The notes below the pieces were generated by a model, which saw nothing but the letters and a program-made list of their open reading frames with translations, was not told the DNA's origin and ran no database searches. From a virus (Duplodnaviria; Caudoviricetes): 45,446 nucleotides of DNA. The DNA is taken from positions 1 through 45,446 of the IMG/VR virus record IMGVR_UViG_3300005825_000268. One strand, written 5' to 3'. This document shows positions 19,043 to 29,788 of the stretch, piece after piece. Both the position numbers and the translations under genes were made by a program. Each line of letters starts with the position of its first letter. Position 1 is the stretch's first letter.

Positions 19043-22000
19043 TTAAACAATGCCTGCTCCCAAATTTAATACTTGTTTTGCACCTTGTTGAAACTGATTT
19101 CCAGTAGCCCATCTGTAGTATGTGTTTGGCTTTTGTGCAATGTTATTTGCTGAAGTGCTTCCCGCCGCAGCAGAACTTCCACCGGCTTTTGCACCTTCGC
19201 CTTTGAGTAATTTCAACATCTGCTCCAATAGAGTAACCATCTGTCTGCTTAATTCGGTTTCTTCATTTGTAGCTGCTGCAATTTCGCTTAATTCTGGCGA
19301 ATTAACTGAAGTTGCCTCTGGTTCGGTAGAAGCTGCATTTTGTCTTACTTCACTATGAATATCATTTATTGGTGTTCTTGCAGTAGCAGTTTGTGGTTGT
19401 GCTGGTCCAGCCGTTACATTGCCTGCACTACCTTGTGCCCTACGTTGATCTGTTTCTATTCTTTGGTGAGCGCTTTGAATTGCACTCATTTCTTGAGAAC
19501 GACCGGCATTACGAGCCGCAGCATTTCGATTTCTTCTTTGTGTATAAGGATTGACAGAATCGGAACCTCTTCGGCTTGCTGCCTGAGACATTCTTTGCAT
19601 TCTCTCTTCTGGCGTCATTGAGTTTCCGCCATTTGGCAATACAACTGCCGGGTTTATTCCACCACTTGCACGATCCATAGCGGGACGCACAGAACCTCTT
19701 GGCATCGCTCCTGAAAGAGCGCCTGCTCCTTGATTTTGTTGCAAAGCCTGTGATCTTGCTTGAGAAAGAGGACCAGTTGGACCCGTTGTTGTTGGACCCG
19801 TTGTTGTTGGACCCGTTGTTGTTGGACCCGTTGTTGTTGGACCCGTTGTTGTTTTTTTGTCTTTTGCTTCTTCCAAAGCCTTATCAACATTTTTAGTTTC
19901 TTTGCTTGTCACATCGGCTTTGACTATAGCATTTACTTCTAATCCATCTTTAAAAATATTCTTTAAAGTTTCAATTAACATCAAGTCTGTTACATAAAGT
20001 CCATTGCCCGGCGTAATAGCCGTAATCATGAATTGATCCATATCTTTGGACATTGAAGTTGATGCTTCTTGTTCTTTTCTAGCAGTCTTTTCGTCTTGAA
20101 CCTTTTCTGTTGGGGTTTCTGTGCTTCCGCCACTTCCAACCGCACCAGATGCTTTGCTCATGGTTCCACCGCCCATACCAATTGCTGCTAATTCAGCAAG
20201 CGGCAATGCTTTGAGTGTTTCCATATCAATATTCATTCCTTGAAGGTCTTGCATTATTTCTGCAAGCAATTCAAGTGAGGTTTTCAAACCCATCAATACA
20301 TCTGCTAAAGAATTGATTCTTGCGGCTGCTTCTGCAATTTCAGAAGATGGTGGCAAGTTATTCTTAATTGGGGTTATAATTCCTTCATTTAATACACTTG
20401 AAATTCCATCCCAATAAGAAGCAAATTTAGATGCTTGTCCGCCAATTGATGCTATTGGAGAGAACCACCACCAACCACTAACTAATGGTCCAATTGCTTC
20501 AGAAACAGCATTCATTACTTCAGTAGTTTTCCACACTGTTTTTTCTAAACCATCAAGTTGTGCTATAATTTCTGTGAACTCTTCAGAATCCGGCATCATT
20601 CTAATTGGATAAATAATTCCATTTAACAATGAATCAGCAATTCCACCAAACCAACTTGCTGCATATTCTGTAAATGTGCCCAAGAAAGGTTGTTGTAGAA
20701 TCATACCAACCAAATTCATTACTGCTCCCGAAAGATTAGAAATGAATGGCGGGATTGCTCTTAATACAGCAACTGTTACTCCCAAATTAGTTTCAGCCGA
20801 AACAATTTCTTCTTCGCTTGGCATAGATTCAATAATTGGAAGAATAATACCTTCTCTCAAGAAGCTGGTAATACTTCTAAACCATGCTTTGAACTGCTCT
20901 ACTCCTGCTGCAAGCATTCCAATTGGTGAATCGGCAATACATTCATCTGGGTTCATTGGCATAAACATCCTAGACAAATTGCGAATCATAGTAGGCAATC
21001 TCATGATAATGGCATTCATTGCTGTTAATATTCTTTGAGCCATTAAGATTGTTTTTGGTTCTGGAAGTTCTGTTAGAATTGGGTCCACAATTCCATCACG
21101 AATAAACGCAGCCACATTTCTGAACCAAACCGAGAATGTATCTTTGTACATCATGATCTTGTCCATCGGGAAGTCTTCATCCATGTATTGAGCAGAACCA
21201 CTCATTAAGCCCATTGCTGCTGCTGTGCCACGAATAATATTCGGAACAGTTCTGATGATTGCAGCCATTGCTGTCAAAATTCTTTGAGCCATTAAGATTG
21301 TTTTTGGCTCTGGTATTTCTGTTAGAATTGGGTCTATAATTCCATCTCTTAGGAATATGGCTATATCTCTAAACCAGACCTTAAATGTATCCTTGTACAT
21401 CATGATCTTGTCCATTGGGAAATCATCGTCCATATAAGCGGCAGAACCACTCATTAGACCCATTGCGTTAGCTAAGCCAATAATGATCTTAGGAACGGCA
21501 GTAATGATTCTTTGCATTGCAGAAATTATTCTGGATGCATCCATCAATCTCTTAATGTCTGGGAATTCTTTTAATACAGGCTCAACAAGTGCTACTCTCA
21601 CAAAATAAGCAACCCACTCGAACCAACCTCTGTAACGAGCAGCGATCTTTGTGTTCTCCGAACCAGAACTTACAAACTTTTCGTCAGCAAGATTGTTGAT
21701 TTCATCCATCGCTCGTCCTAGTCCGATGATGATTCTTGGTGTTGCTGTAAGAATCTTTTCTGCATACATTACAGCTTTGGCTGTAATGGCAAGTTCTTGT
21801 ACATCTCCCAATCCCTTGGCTGGTTGAATAATTGCTGTTCTTACAAAGTATGCAACCCACTCGAACCAACCTTTGTAACGAGCGGCAATTGCTGTGTTTT
21901 GTTCTTTTGTTGTTAGGAATTTACCAGCAGCCAATTCGTTTACTGCATCCATTGCAGCATTAAGGCCACGAACAATTCTTGGGAATGCATCAAGAATTTT

Positions 22001-25000
22001 AGCAGCAGCACACATTATTTTGGCTACTGTTGTTAGTTCTCTTACTTCTCCTATGCCTTTTGCTGGTTGAATAATTGCTGCTCTTACAAAATATGCAATC
22101 CACTCGAACCAACCTCGATAGCGTGCGGCAATTGCTGTGTTTTGTTCTTTTGTGGTTAAGAACTTGCCTGCGGCCAATTGATTTACTGCGTCCATTGCGT
22201 CGTTTAAGCCACGGACAATTTTTGGGAAGGCATCAAGAATCTTAGCGGCCCACATCATCTTTTTGCCAACTACTTTCAATTCTCCAACTTCACCAATGTT
22301 ACCCATTGGTTTTACAACCGCTTCTCTTACAAAGTAAGCGATCCATTCAAACCAGCCTTTATAATTTGCGGCAATCTTGGTGTTTGCCGCTCCGCTGTTT
22401 GTAAACTTATCATCTCCCAAATCCAAGATTCCATCCATTGCTTCAATCAATCCATCAATGATGGTTGGAGTTGCGTCAAGAATCTTAGCGGCCCACATCA
22501 TTCTCTTGGCTACCGCCTTCAACATGCCGACTTCACCAATGTTACCCATTGGCACTACAATTCCTTCTCTCACAAAGTAAGCAATCCACTCGAACCAACC
22601 CTTGTATCGAGCGGCAATTTCAGTGTTTAATGCAGAACTCTTTGTAAACTTGCTATTTGTGAAGTTCAATACTTCCTGCATTGCTCCGTCAAGTCCGCCA
22701 ATTATTTCTGGAACCAATTCCAGAGCTTTAGCAGCATATGTTAGGGTTTTAATTGTGCCTTTGAGGTTAATACCCATTAACGGCTTAACAGGAGTTACAA
22801 TGCCATCTTGTACAAATTTGACTATATCACCAAATGTTTTTTGAATTGCTGGGATCGCCGCTTGTATTTGTGTTGTCATCGGCTGAACAGTTTTTGTTAT
22901 AGTTTCCTTCCACCACAACATACCAGTTGTGGTTGTGGTGCTACTTCCTTGTGTCATTCCCATCATACCTTGAACGGAATATATCATATCTTCCATCAAT
23001 TCCATTGCCTGAGCCATTAGTTTCAATTTTTGTACTGATTTGGAAAGACCGCCAATATTCATTGAAGATACGGGCTTTACGATACCATCTTTGACAAAAT
23101 TGGTGATTGCCATAAAGGTTTCTTGAATTTTTGGTATGGCGGCTTGTAATGGACTTACTCTGCCGAATATATTTCCAAATATTGCAGGCATTCCAGCCCA
23201 AGGATTTACTGTCGAAGATATTTCTTGGAATGTTTCCATTATTTCTTGAACAGAACTTAGTGCCTCGCCCACTTTCTTTATTACGTTAATTGACGCTTCT
23301 GCTCTTTGTAAATCAGGGAATGCAGCCTGTACACTTCCCAATATGCCACGAATAAAACTCACAATTGACAAGAATGATTTTTCAATATCTGGCTTTGCTT
23401 CTTCTAGTTTCTCTAGTGGTGATCGAGCATCACCGAAGGCTCTGGCCCACCAACCGCCTCTTTCTGTCATTGGTGCCAATTTGTTTACCATTGCATCCAT
23501 CATTTCTGCAATAGCTGCAATAGCTTTTCCTACGCCTTCTACTATTGGCAATACTCCATTTACTGCTTGTAGATTAGGGAAGGCACTTACTACAATGCCG
23601 ATTAAGCTGTCTTTCAAGAAGTTGACCATGATTGCAAATACACGGCGGAAGTCCGGTATCATGCCTTCAATTTTGTCCATTTTAGATCGAGCGTCACCGA
23701 AGTTTCTGGCCCACCAACCGCCTCTTTCTGTCATCGGTGTGATCTTGTTAGCTAGAACATCTACTACTGTGGCAATCGCTGCTACAGCTTCGCCAATGCC
23801 TTTAGCAACTGCAATTGCCGAATTTACTTTCTTGAGATTTCTAAAAGCACCTACAACTGGTCCCACAACACCATCTTTTACAAATTTAACTATCTTTTCA
23901 AAGGTGGTTTGGAATTGTGGCATCGCTTGTTCTAGTTTCTCTGCTTTGGATTTGCCTGTTGAGAATCCAAGGAAGCTAGGACGGGTTGTTAGGTCCAAAA
24001 CGACTTTGCTGATAGAATCCATCATTGGACCTATAGCACCTATTACAGATGCAATTGCTTTGGCGACACTGGTTGCTTGACTCAATTTTTTGAGGTTTTT
24101 AAATGCAGAATTAACCGGGGCAACAACACCATCCTTCACAAAATTGATGATGGAGTTGAAGCTCTTCTGGAATTTAGGAACAGCTTTGTCTAATTTTTCT
24201 AGTGTTGTACTGCCGAAGACGTTGTACCAAGACGTAGTTGCCATTGGGACCACAACTTTTTCAATTGTTGTCATAATCTCGCCAGCAGCAACAATGGCGT
24301 CTCTTACCAATTTGGCTGTGCTAGTCGCTTGTTTTAATCTCTTACCTTCTTTGCCAAATTGACGAAGTGGCATTATGATGCCATCTCTTACAAAGTCGGT
24401 TATAACTCTAAAGCTGGCTGCAAATTCTGGGATTGCTTTTTCAATTACTTGAATTGTTGAAGAGAATCCAAAGAACGACCACCAAGACTGACTTGTTAAA
24501 GGAACAATCTTTTCATAAAGAGTTGTAAATATTTCAGATACTGCTGTAATTGCTTCGCTAATTTTCTTAACACCAACAATCATAGCATCTAGTTTTCCAA
24601 CGCCACCAGCAGCCGCAACAGCCGCTTTACCCAACATGACTATTGCCATAGTCATTTTGATAACTGCTGGCGCTAATGCTTGGAATGCTTTGGCTCCCAA
24701 GAACATTAGACCGACCATAATCCAAGCCAAAGGAGAAAATACCAATGCACCAAGTAAAGCCATAAATGCTGCACCTTCCAGTACAGATTTAGCAATATTT
24801 CCTGACGCTTCAATTAGTTTAGAAACATTGTCTGCTACGCCTGCTGCTGTTGCTGGGTCAATTCCTCCCTTCATTAACCCTTGAGCCATTCCTATTATGG
24901 CTTGAGACAATTTAATCATTGCAGGTGTGATTAAAGCAATTGCTATTGCTCCGGGTATAGCTAAAGCAGCTAACAACCAGAATGTTCCCGTTGTCATTGC

Positions 25001-28000
25001 AAGCCCCAAAAGACCAAGGGCAGCGGCTGCTCCCAAACAAGCGGCAGCTATAACACCTGCCGCTCCAATTATGCCAGCGACATTTTCAGCTATCTTCTTT
25101 GCTTCTGTTAAATCTATTCCAGATACCTTTGTCATTGCTTGGCCAAGCCACAAAATTGCTGTAGCCAAAAGCATCATTGCTGGAATTAAAATCAATAGTG
25201 CTTTAGCTCCCGCAAATATCATTGGAACAGCAGCTATGCCTGCTGGTGATGCAAGCCAGAATCCCAATTGAACCAAAGCGTATGCGGAAAGTAAGGCGGC
25301 TCCCGCAATGAATGCTGCTGCTCCTAATACACCAGCTACATTTTTGGCTATTTCTGCTGCTACGCCTAAATCAACACCTGTGATTGACATTAAGCCTTGA
25401 GCCATCTTAATTATGGCTATGCCTAACAGTAAAATGGCAGGTGTCAAAATAAGTAATGCTAAGGCACCTTTGGCCAACATATATGCAAATGCACCTAAAG
25501 CAAATTGACCCAAACCCGGAATTTCAAAACCAGTAGTAATGCTTCCTAGAGCCATCAATCCATAAGTTGCCCCTAATACACCCAAGGCTATTATTCCTGC
25601 TGAAATAAGTACAACACCAATGTCTTTTGCTACTTTTGCAGCCGTTCCAGAATCAAGACCAAATGCTCCAAGAATTTTTGAGCTTATCCACACAATTGCA
25701 CTAGCCAATAAGACAATTGCTGGTGCCAATATTAGCAATGCGATTGCTCCCTTGAGCATTGGCATTATCATTTCTTTTGGATTTTTAAAGAGAGGCGTAT
25801 CTTTGGCCTCTTCAAAAGCCTTTACTGCTTCCATAGTGCCGTAAGCAATGCCACCAGCCGCTGCTGCGATTGCTGCAACTGTTCCAGCAACTTGTGCAAT
25901 GGTACTAATATCTAATCCGAATGAATTGACGACTTTTTGCACCATCCATATTATGGCAGCACCTAAAATTACAATGGCAGGAGCAATTAAAGCTATAACC
26001 GCAGCGGTTTTAAGCACGTCTTTATAACTACTTTTTGCTCCATCTACGAACTCTTTTGTTTCCTTACTATCTAAAGCCTTATAAACAGCAATTGCACCAA
26101 TAGCGATAGCAGCACCAGCGGCTGCAATTGCACCAACTGTTGCTGCTGTTTGCATAACTGTGGCCATATCAAGACCCAAGAAGTCAAGAACTTTCTTGCT
26201 CAAGAAAATAATGGCAGTACCCAAGGCCATTACGCCAACTGCCAATATTGCAATGGCCGCAGCATTTTTAGCCATATCGCCGCCCATTGCACTCAAAAGA
26301 CCGGGTTTAGCATCGCTTTTTGTTGCCTTTGCTGCCTTCTTTGACTTCATTTCCAACTTCTGCATATTGTCCGTCTTGTGCCCCTGTCTAATTTGTTGGG
26401 TCAAGACTTTCTTTTGAGATGCATTAAGTTTTTTATCGTCTCTTATATTCTTTTCTTCTTTTCGTCTTATTGATCTTGCAACAGCAGCATCTATGCCAGC
26501 CTCTTTATCACGCTGTTGTCTAGCTTTTCCTGCTGCTTTTAATGCAGCGACTTCCTCTGGTGATTTCTTTTGTTTGCCAGCGGCAGCGCCTCCGGTTTGT
26601 TCTACTTGAGCAGCGGGAGTTGAATCACTTGCTTGTTGTTTACAAACACAGTCCAAGATAGACTTCAAAAGGGGTTCCAAGTGAGTATCATGGACATAAA
26701 TAGAACCGGGGGTAGTACCTTCACGGGCAAAATCTCCCAAATTGCCCATGACTGGACCATATAGACTGTCCCAATGGTTCGCATATTTTTCGGGATCATA
26801 GGCTCTTTTGAATTGTTCTACGATTTGTGCAATTCGATTGAAAATAGCCCAACCGCCCAATATTGCAGATACAATGATTCCCAATCCCACTAAAACTTTG
26901 CCAAAGATGGAATTAAATATTGAACTAAAACCTTGATTTGCAAAGTTTCTTAATGTGTCATTGATTTCTTTGAGAGTTTGTGCAGCAGAACTTAATGGAT
27001 CAAGTTGAGCCTTGGCAGCAGTTGATGCTTCCTGTTCTGCTTTGCCCAACTTGGCGGTTAATTCTCTGAAAGCGGCTGGGTCTTTTAATGCCTTCTCAAT
27101 TTCACTCGAATCAATTGTAAGTTCTTGTTTACCAGCTTCTTTCAAGCCAGCATTCACACTATTCATAGCATTTTGAATTGCGCCTCTGGCTACATCAGCT
27201 TCGGAAGTCCATGCTTGACCTAAAGCTGCCATGTCAGATTCAAACTCATTTCTTCTTCCTCCAAATTTTGCCAATGCCTCGCCCATACTCTTTGTGCTTT
27301 TCGCTGCTTCATCTAGTGCTGTTAAAGCACTCATAGATGCACTAAGTTTGAGTTTTCTCTGCTCTTCTAAGACAATAGCTTTTTCTTCAAGTGTTAGATT
27401 TTGTTGTAATTTTTTGTTTAAACCATTGAGTCTGTCGGCCAATGTCTTTCCAGACTCTTCCATAGACTCTATCGAACCCAATAGTTCTCCCGCTTCTACA
27501 TCAAACGCACTCTTTAATTGAATGTTTATGTTTCGTTTTGCATCATCAGATAATTGTTCAAAACTAGCTCTCAATTCTTCTGCGTTTTTGCCGGAAATTC
27601 CAAATTGATGAGCAATGCCCATCATTCCGCTTTTCATTTTGTCAATATTACTTTTACTTTTTAGTAACGTGCCATTCAACAAATCTCCATATACGCCAGC
27701 TTTATTCGCTGCAATAGCCAACAAAGAGAATGTTCCTGAACCTGCACTTAGCAATTTATTGGTGCTTGTCATAGCATCCAAAAGCACATTGCCATCAATA
27801 CCTAGTTTTTTGTAATTAGCTTGTAATTCAATTATGTGTTTGACTTGGGCCGCAGTAGCTGTGCCAGCTTTCTTTAAGTTGTCAATATAAGTTTTACTTT
27901 CATTGACAACTTCTTTAAGAGCATCGCCCGTCATGCCTGTGAATCGGGCCACATCCCTCATGCCTCGACCCATTTCTCCAATCTGGCCTTCGTTGAACTT

Positions 28001-29044
28001 CAATCCTCTTGCCCAATCAACAAAGGTATCGCCCAATGCATCGGCTTCCATTCCTAATTGTTCTTCAGTATGAAGTTGGGCGGTAGTAATAGACTTGACT
28101 TTCTTCAAATCTTTGATGCCCATTTTTACTGACTTCATATAACGGTCAATATATTGTTGACGTGTTTTGCCAGTAAGTTTGGCTGTTTTGCCAATATCTT
28201 CAAATTCTCGCATTAGAGCGGTTGTATTTTTTGTAGCACCAGCAATTTCATAAGATGCTTTTCTAGCATCTTGTACAAATTTTCTTTCTTTGTCTAAGAC
28301 ACCATCCAAAACTTGAGACATTACGTTGTAGCCAAGAATTTGATCTTCTATAACTCCAAGAATACTTTTTAGAGCAGATGTTCTTATATTTGTAATTTCA
28401 AGTTGTGATAATTGAGACTTCCTTTTTTTTGCCTCTGCTTTCACTTCATCATCGCTGCCTCCTGCACCACCGGCACCACCACCGGCACCGCTGCCACCGC
28501 CTGTACCACCTGTACCTCCACCGGCTCCACCGGCACCTTTGGCTGCTTTGGCTGCTTTGGCTGCTGCTGATTTTGGCATACCTGCTGCGATTGCCTGTAG
28601 AGAAGCAGAAATGGCTATTAAGTGTTTTTCACAGTGCGTATCGTGAACACCAATGGAATGCTTTTTCATTCCTTGTTTAGCTAAGCCTTCAAGGTTTTTC
28701 CAAACAGAAGGTTTAGGAGCGTTTTTGTCTTTCTTTGGTTTGCCTTCTTTTTCTTTGCCTTTTCCTTCTTCTCTTTGTTTTGCAACGTCTTTAAGAACAT
28801 CAACCATTTCTTTCAAATAGTCTTGTTGTTCATCCATTCCTTTCTGGAAGTCTTTTGTGTATGTTTCAAATAATTTGACCAATTTATCAGTGGCATCTTT
28901 AGAATCGTTTTTGTTAAAAGGCGTAGAGCCACCTACCGCTGCTTTCGCAGAGCTTGATATTAAACCTTTAATCTCTTGTAAGGTGAGATTTGCTGTTTTT
29001 TGGCTATCAACCAGTCTTCCTAGTTCGTCATATATTTGAGCCAT
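19043..29044 (-). CDS. Tail tape measure protein, 3333 aa
   Basis: Very long, Ala/Gly/Ile-rich helical protein with a central hydrophobic block and periodic aromatic repeats. Immediately upstream of tube initiator and baseplate genes. Confidence 0.9.
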   Translation of the reverse strand: MAQIYDELGRLVDSQKTANLTLQEIKGLISSSAKAAVGGSTPFNKNDSKDATDKLVKLFETYTKDFQKGMDEQQDYLKEMVDVLKDVAKQREEGKGKEKEGKPKKDKNAPKPSVWKNLEGLAKQGMKKHSIGVHDTHCEKHLIAISASLQAIAAGMPKSAAAKAAKAAKGAGGAGGGTGGTGGGSGAGGGAGGAGGSDDEVKAEAKKRKSQLSQLEITNIRTSALKSILGVIEDQILGYNVMSQVLDGVLDKERKFVQDARKASYEIAGATKNTTALMREFEDIGKTAKLTGKTRQQYIDRYMKSVKMGIKDLKKVKSITTAQLHTEEQLGMEADALGDTFVDWARGLKFNEGQIGEMGRGMRDVARFTGMTGDALKEVVNESKTYIDNLKKAGTATAAQVKHIIELQANYKKLGIDGNVLLDAMTSTNKLLSAGSGTFSLLAIAANKAGVYGDLLNGTLLKSKSNIDKMKSGMMGIAHQFGISGKNAEELRASFEQLSDDAKRNINIQLKSAFDVEAGELLGSIESMEESGKTLADRLNGLNKKLQQNLTLEEKAIVLEEQRKLKLSASMSALTALDEAAKSTKSMGEALAKFGGRRNEFESDMAALGQAWTSEADVARGAIQNAMNSVNAGLKEAGKQELTIDSSEIEKALKDPAAFRELTAKLGKAEQEASTAAKAQLDPLSSAAQTLKEINDTLRNFANQGFSSIFNSIFGKVLVGLGIIVSAILGGWAIFNRIAQIVEQFKRAYDPEKYANHWDSLYGPVMGNLGDFAREGTTPGSIYVHDTHLEPLLKSILDCVCKQQASDSTPAAQVEQTGGAAAGKQKKSPEEVAALKAAGKARQQRDKEAGIDAAVARSIRRKEEKNIRDDKKLNASQKKVLTQQIRQGHKTDNMQKLEMKSKKAAKATKSDAKPGLLSAMGGDMAKNAAAIAILAVGVMALGTAIIFLSKKVLDFLGLDMATVMQTAATVGAIAAAGAAIAIGAIAVYKALDSKETKEFVDGAKSSYKDVLKTAAVIALIAPAIVILGAAIIWMVQKVVNSFGLDISTIAQVAGTVAAIAAAAGGIAYGTMEAVKAFEEAKDTPLFKNPKEMIMPMLKGAIALLILAPAIVLLASAIVWISSKILGAFGLDSGTAAKVAKDIGVVLISAGIIALGVLGATYGLMALGSITTGFEIPGLGQFALGAFAYMLAKGALALLILTPAILLLGIAIIKMAQGLMSITGVDLGVAAEIAKNVAGVLGAAAFIAGAALLSAYALVQLGFWLASPAGIAAVPMIFAGAKALLILIPAMMLLATAILWLGQAMTKVSGIDLTEAKKIAENVAGIIGAAGVIAAACLGAAAALGLLGLAMTTGTFWLLAALAIPGAIAIALITPAMIKLSQAIIGMAQGLMKGGIDPATAAGVADNVSKLIEASGNIAKSVLEGAAFMALLGALVFSPLAWIMVGLMFLGAKAFQALAPAVIKMTMAIVMLGKAAVAAAGGVGKLDAMIVGVKKISEAITAVSEIFTTLYEKIVPLTSQSWWSFFGFSSTIQVIEKAIPEFAASFRVITDFVRDGIIMPLRQFGKEGKRLKQATSTAKLVRDAIVAAGEIMTTIEKVVVPMATTSWYNVFGSTTLEKLDKAVPKFQKSFNSIINFVKDGVVAPVNSAFKNLKKLSQATSVAKAIASVIGAIGPMMDSISKVVLDLTTRPSFLGFSTGKSKAEKLEQAMPQFQTTFEKIVKFVKDGVVGPVVGAFRNLKKVNSAIAVAKGIGEAVAAIATVVDVLANKITPMTERGGWWARNFGDARSKMDKIEGMIPDFRRVFAIMVNFLKDSLIGIVVSAFPNLQAVNGVLPIVEGVGKAIAAIAEMMDAMVNKLAPMTERGGWWARAFGDARSPLEKLEEAKPDIEKSFLSIVSFIRGILGSVQAAFPDLQRAEASINVIKKVGEALSSVQEIMETFQEISSTVNPWAGMPAIFGNIFGRVSPLQAAIPKIQETFMAITNFVKDGIVKPVSSMNIGGLSKSVQKLKLMAQAMELMEDMIYSVQGMMGMTQGSSTTTTTGMLWWKETITKTVQPMTTQIQAAIPAIQKTFGDIVKFVQDGIVTPVKPLMGINLKGTIKTLTYAAKALELVPEIIGGLDGAMQEVLNFTNSKFTKSSALNTEIAARYKGWFEWIAYFVREGIVVPMGNIGEVGMLKAVAKRMMWAAKILDATPTIIDGLIEAMDGILDLGDDKFTNSGAANTKIAANYKGWFEWIAYFVREAVVKPMGNIGEVGELKVVGKKMMWAAKILDAFPKIVRGLNDAMDAVNQLAAGKFLTTKEQNTAIAARYRGWFEWIAYFVRAAIIQPAKGIGEVRELTTVAKIMCAAAKILDAFPRIVRGLNAAMDAVNELAAGKFLTTKEQNTAIAARYKGWFEWVAYFVRTAIIQPAKGLGDVQELAITAKAVMYAEKILTATPRIIIGLGRAMDEINNLADEKFVSSGSENTKIAARYRGWFEWVAYFVRVALVEPVLKEFPDIKRLMDASRIISAMQRIITAVPKIIIGLANAMGLMSGSAAYMDDDFPMDKIMMYKDTFKVWFRDIAIFLRDGIIDPILTEIPEPKTILMAQRILTAMAAIIRTVPNIIRGTAAAMGLMSGSAQYMDEDFPMDKIMMYKDTFSVWFRNVAAFIRDGIVDPILTELPEPKTILMAQRILTAMNAIIMRLPTMIRNLSRMFMPMNPDECIADSPIGMLAAGVEQFKAWFRSITSFLREGIILPIIESMPSEEEIVSAETNLGVTVAVLRAIPPFISNLSGAVMNLVGMILQQPFLGTFTEYAASWFGGIADSLLNGIIYPIRMMPDSEEFTEIIAQLDGLEKTVWKTTEVMNAVSEAIGPLVSGWWWFSPIASIGGQASKFASYWDGISSVLNEGIITPIKNNLPPSSEIAEAAARINSLADVLMGLKTSLELLAEIMQDLQGMNIDMETLKALPLAELAAIGMGGGTMSKASGAVGSGGSTETPTEKVQDEKTARKEQEASTSMSKDMDQFMITAITPGNGLYVTDLMLIETLKNIFKDGLEVNAIVKADVTSKETKNVDKALEEAKDKKTTTGPTTTGPTTTGPTTTGPTTTGPTGPLSQARSQALQQNQGAGALSGAMPRGSVRPAMDRASGGINPAVVLPNGGNSMTPEERMQRMSQAASRRGSDSVNPYTQRRNRNAAARNAGRSQEMSAIQSAHQRIETDQRRAQGSAGNVTAGPAQPQTATARTPINDIHSEVRQNAASTEPEATSVNSPELSEIAAATNEETELSRQMVTLLEQMLKLLKGEGAKAGGSSAAAGSTSANNIAQKPNTYYRWATGNQFQQGAKQVLNLGAGIV
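19779..19853. repeat. Perfect 15-bp tandem repeat x5 (ggacccgttgttgtt), encoding TTTGP
   Basis: Five identical units at 19779, 19794, 19809, 19824 and 19839. Confidence 0.95.
21120..22620. repeat. 243-nt (81-aa) internal repeats of the tape measure gene
   Basis: GWFEW(I/V)AYFVR Trp codon at 22586, 22343, 22100, 21857 and 21614 (exact 243-nt spacing), followed by two 249-nt units containing DFPMDKIMMYKDTF. Confidence 0.9.
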
Positions 29045-29107
29045 TTATACCTACAAAATTACTATTACATTGATAACAGAGAATGCCTTATTGTTATTTA
29101 CACTAAT

Positions 29108-29674
29108 TTAGCTTAATCCTTGCGAATTTCCCGTATTAACACCGGGTTGTGGCGTTGCTGCGGCAGCAGGATTAGTCATGCGTTGTATTTGTTCACGAAC
29201 AGAATGGCGAATTGCTTCCACTTCTGACGGGTTCAGGGAACGAACCGAGGCGAGTACATTTAACAGGAAGGCACAATCTAGTTTTCTAATTTGCCTAATA
29301 CCACGTCTTTTATATTGGCGAAAGGCTGAAACTATATATTCATCTCCTTTAATGTTAGAGTAAGAAAAGCCAGAATTGTTGCAGTTCGGCTGTAATAATC
29401 TTTTAATATCTGGAAATGTTAGATAATGTAAATTGATCCCACGAATGTATTGCCCTGCTCTTGGTCCCGCTAAAGGATAACCAATGTCTGTTATTAGCAC
29501 CAAAGGATATGGGTCATGTCCGGGCTTATGAAAATTATAACTAAAACTTACCAAACTACCCTTATTGATGATTTGAGTCATTTTTGAGTAAATTGGCCCG
29601 TACTGATTGGCCCCAACCTTTGGGCTGTAAGGGCTTTGTCCAAATTGAGCGGGAGCAAAGAGATTTTCGTTCAT
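29108..29674 (-). CDS. DNA end protector protein (T4 gp2-like)
   Basis: F.Y..K..D.YPLVL..GINLHYL..Y..SAFRQY pattern matches the gp2 family. Start placed at MNENLF (29674). Confidence 0.75.
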   Translation of the reverse strand: MNENLFAPAQFGQSPYSPKVGANQYGPIYSKMTQIINKGSLVSFSYNFHKPGHDPYPLVLITDIGYPLAGPRAGQYIRGINLHYLTFPDIKRLLQPNCNNSGFSYSNIKGDEYIVSAFRQYKRRGIRQIRKLDCAFLLNVLASVRSLNPSEVEAIRHSVREQIQRMTNPAAAATPQPGVNTGNSQGLS

Positions 29675-29679
29675 AGAGT

Positions 29680-29686
29680 TATTTAG
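29680..29686 (-). promoter_or_regulatory. T4-late-like promoter CTAAATA
   Basis: CTAAATA lies 5 nt before ATG 29674; the same geometry occurs at 41202-41208. Confidence 0.6.
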
Positions 29687-29687
29687 A

Positions 29688-29716
29688 TTTACAGAAGGCA
29701 AAATCTGGGGTATAAT
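29688..29716 (+). promoter_or_regulatory. sigma70-like promoter TTTACA-17-TATAAT
   Basis: Exact 17-nt spacer ending in ctgggg. Intergenic at a strand switch. Confidence 0.7.
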
Positions 29717-29788
29717 CAAGTGATACTCCAAAGAGACTTACCGTATTGACCACGGAGGAACCATCCTTACCATTTGTGGAGAAATACA

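Noticed and set aside
21120-23760. Near-duplicate segments as diversity-generating retroelement TR/VR pairs
   Set aside because: Both copies are in frame within one gene, differences are not adenine-specific, and no reverse transcriptase is present.
19122-29039. Numerous plus-strand ORFs opposite the tape measure gene (e.g. 23343-24080) and the RCCWT/LLLDP/QQQRV repeat ORFs
   Set aside because: They are antisense or alternate-frame products of codon bias and the 15-bp repeat, with no RBS or promoter support noted.
8822-29044. Bacterial extracellular contractile injection system or tailocin instead of phage
   Set aside because: A DNA end protector, a 3333-aa tape measure, T4-like late promoters and dense phage-type accessory genes, with no bacterial housekeeping context, favour a large phage.
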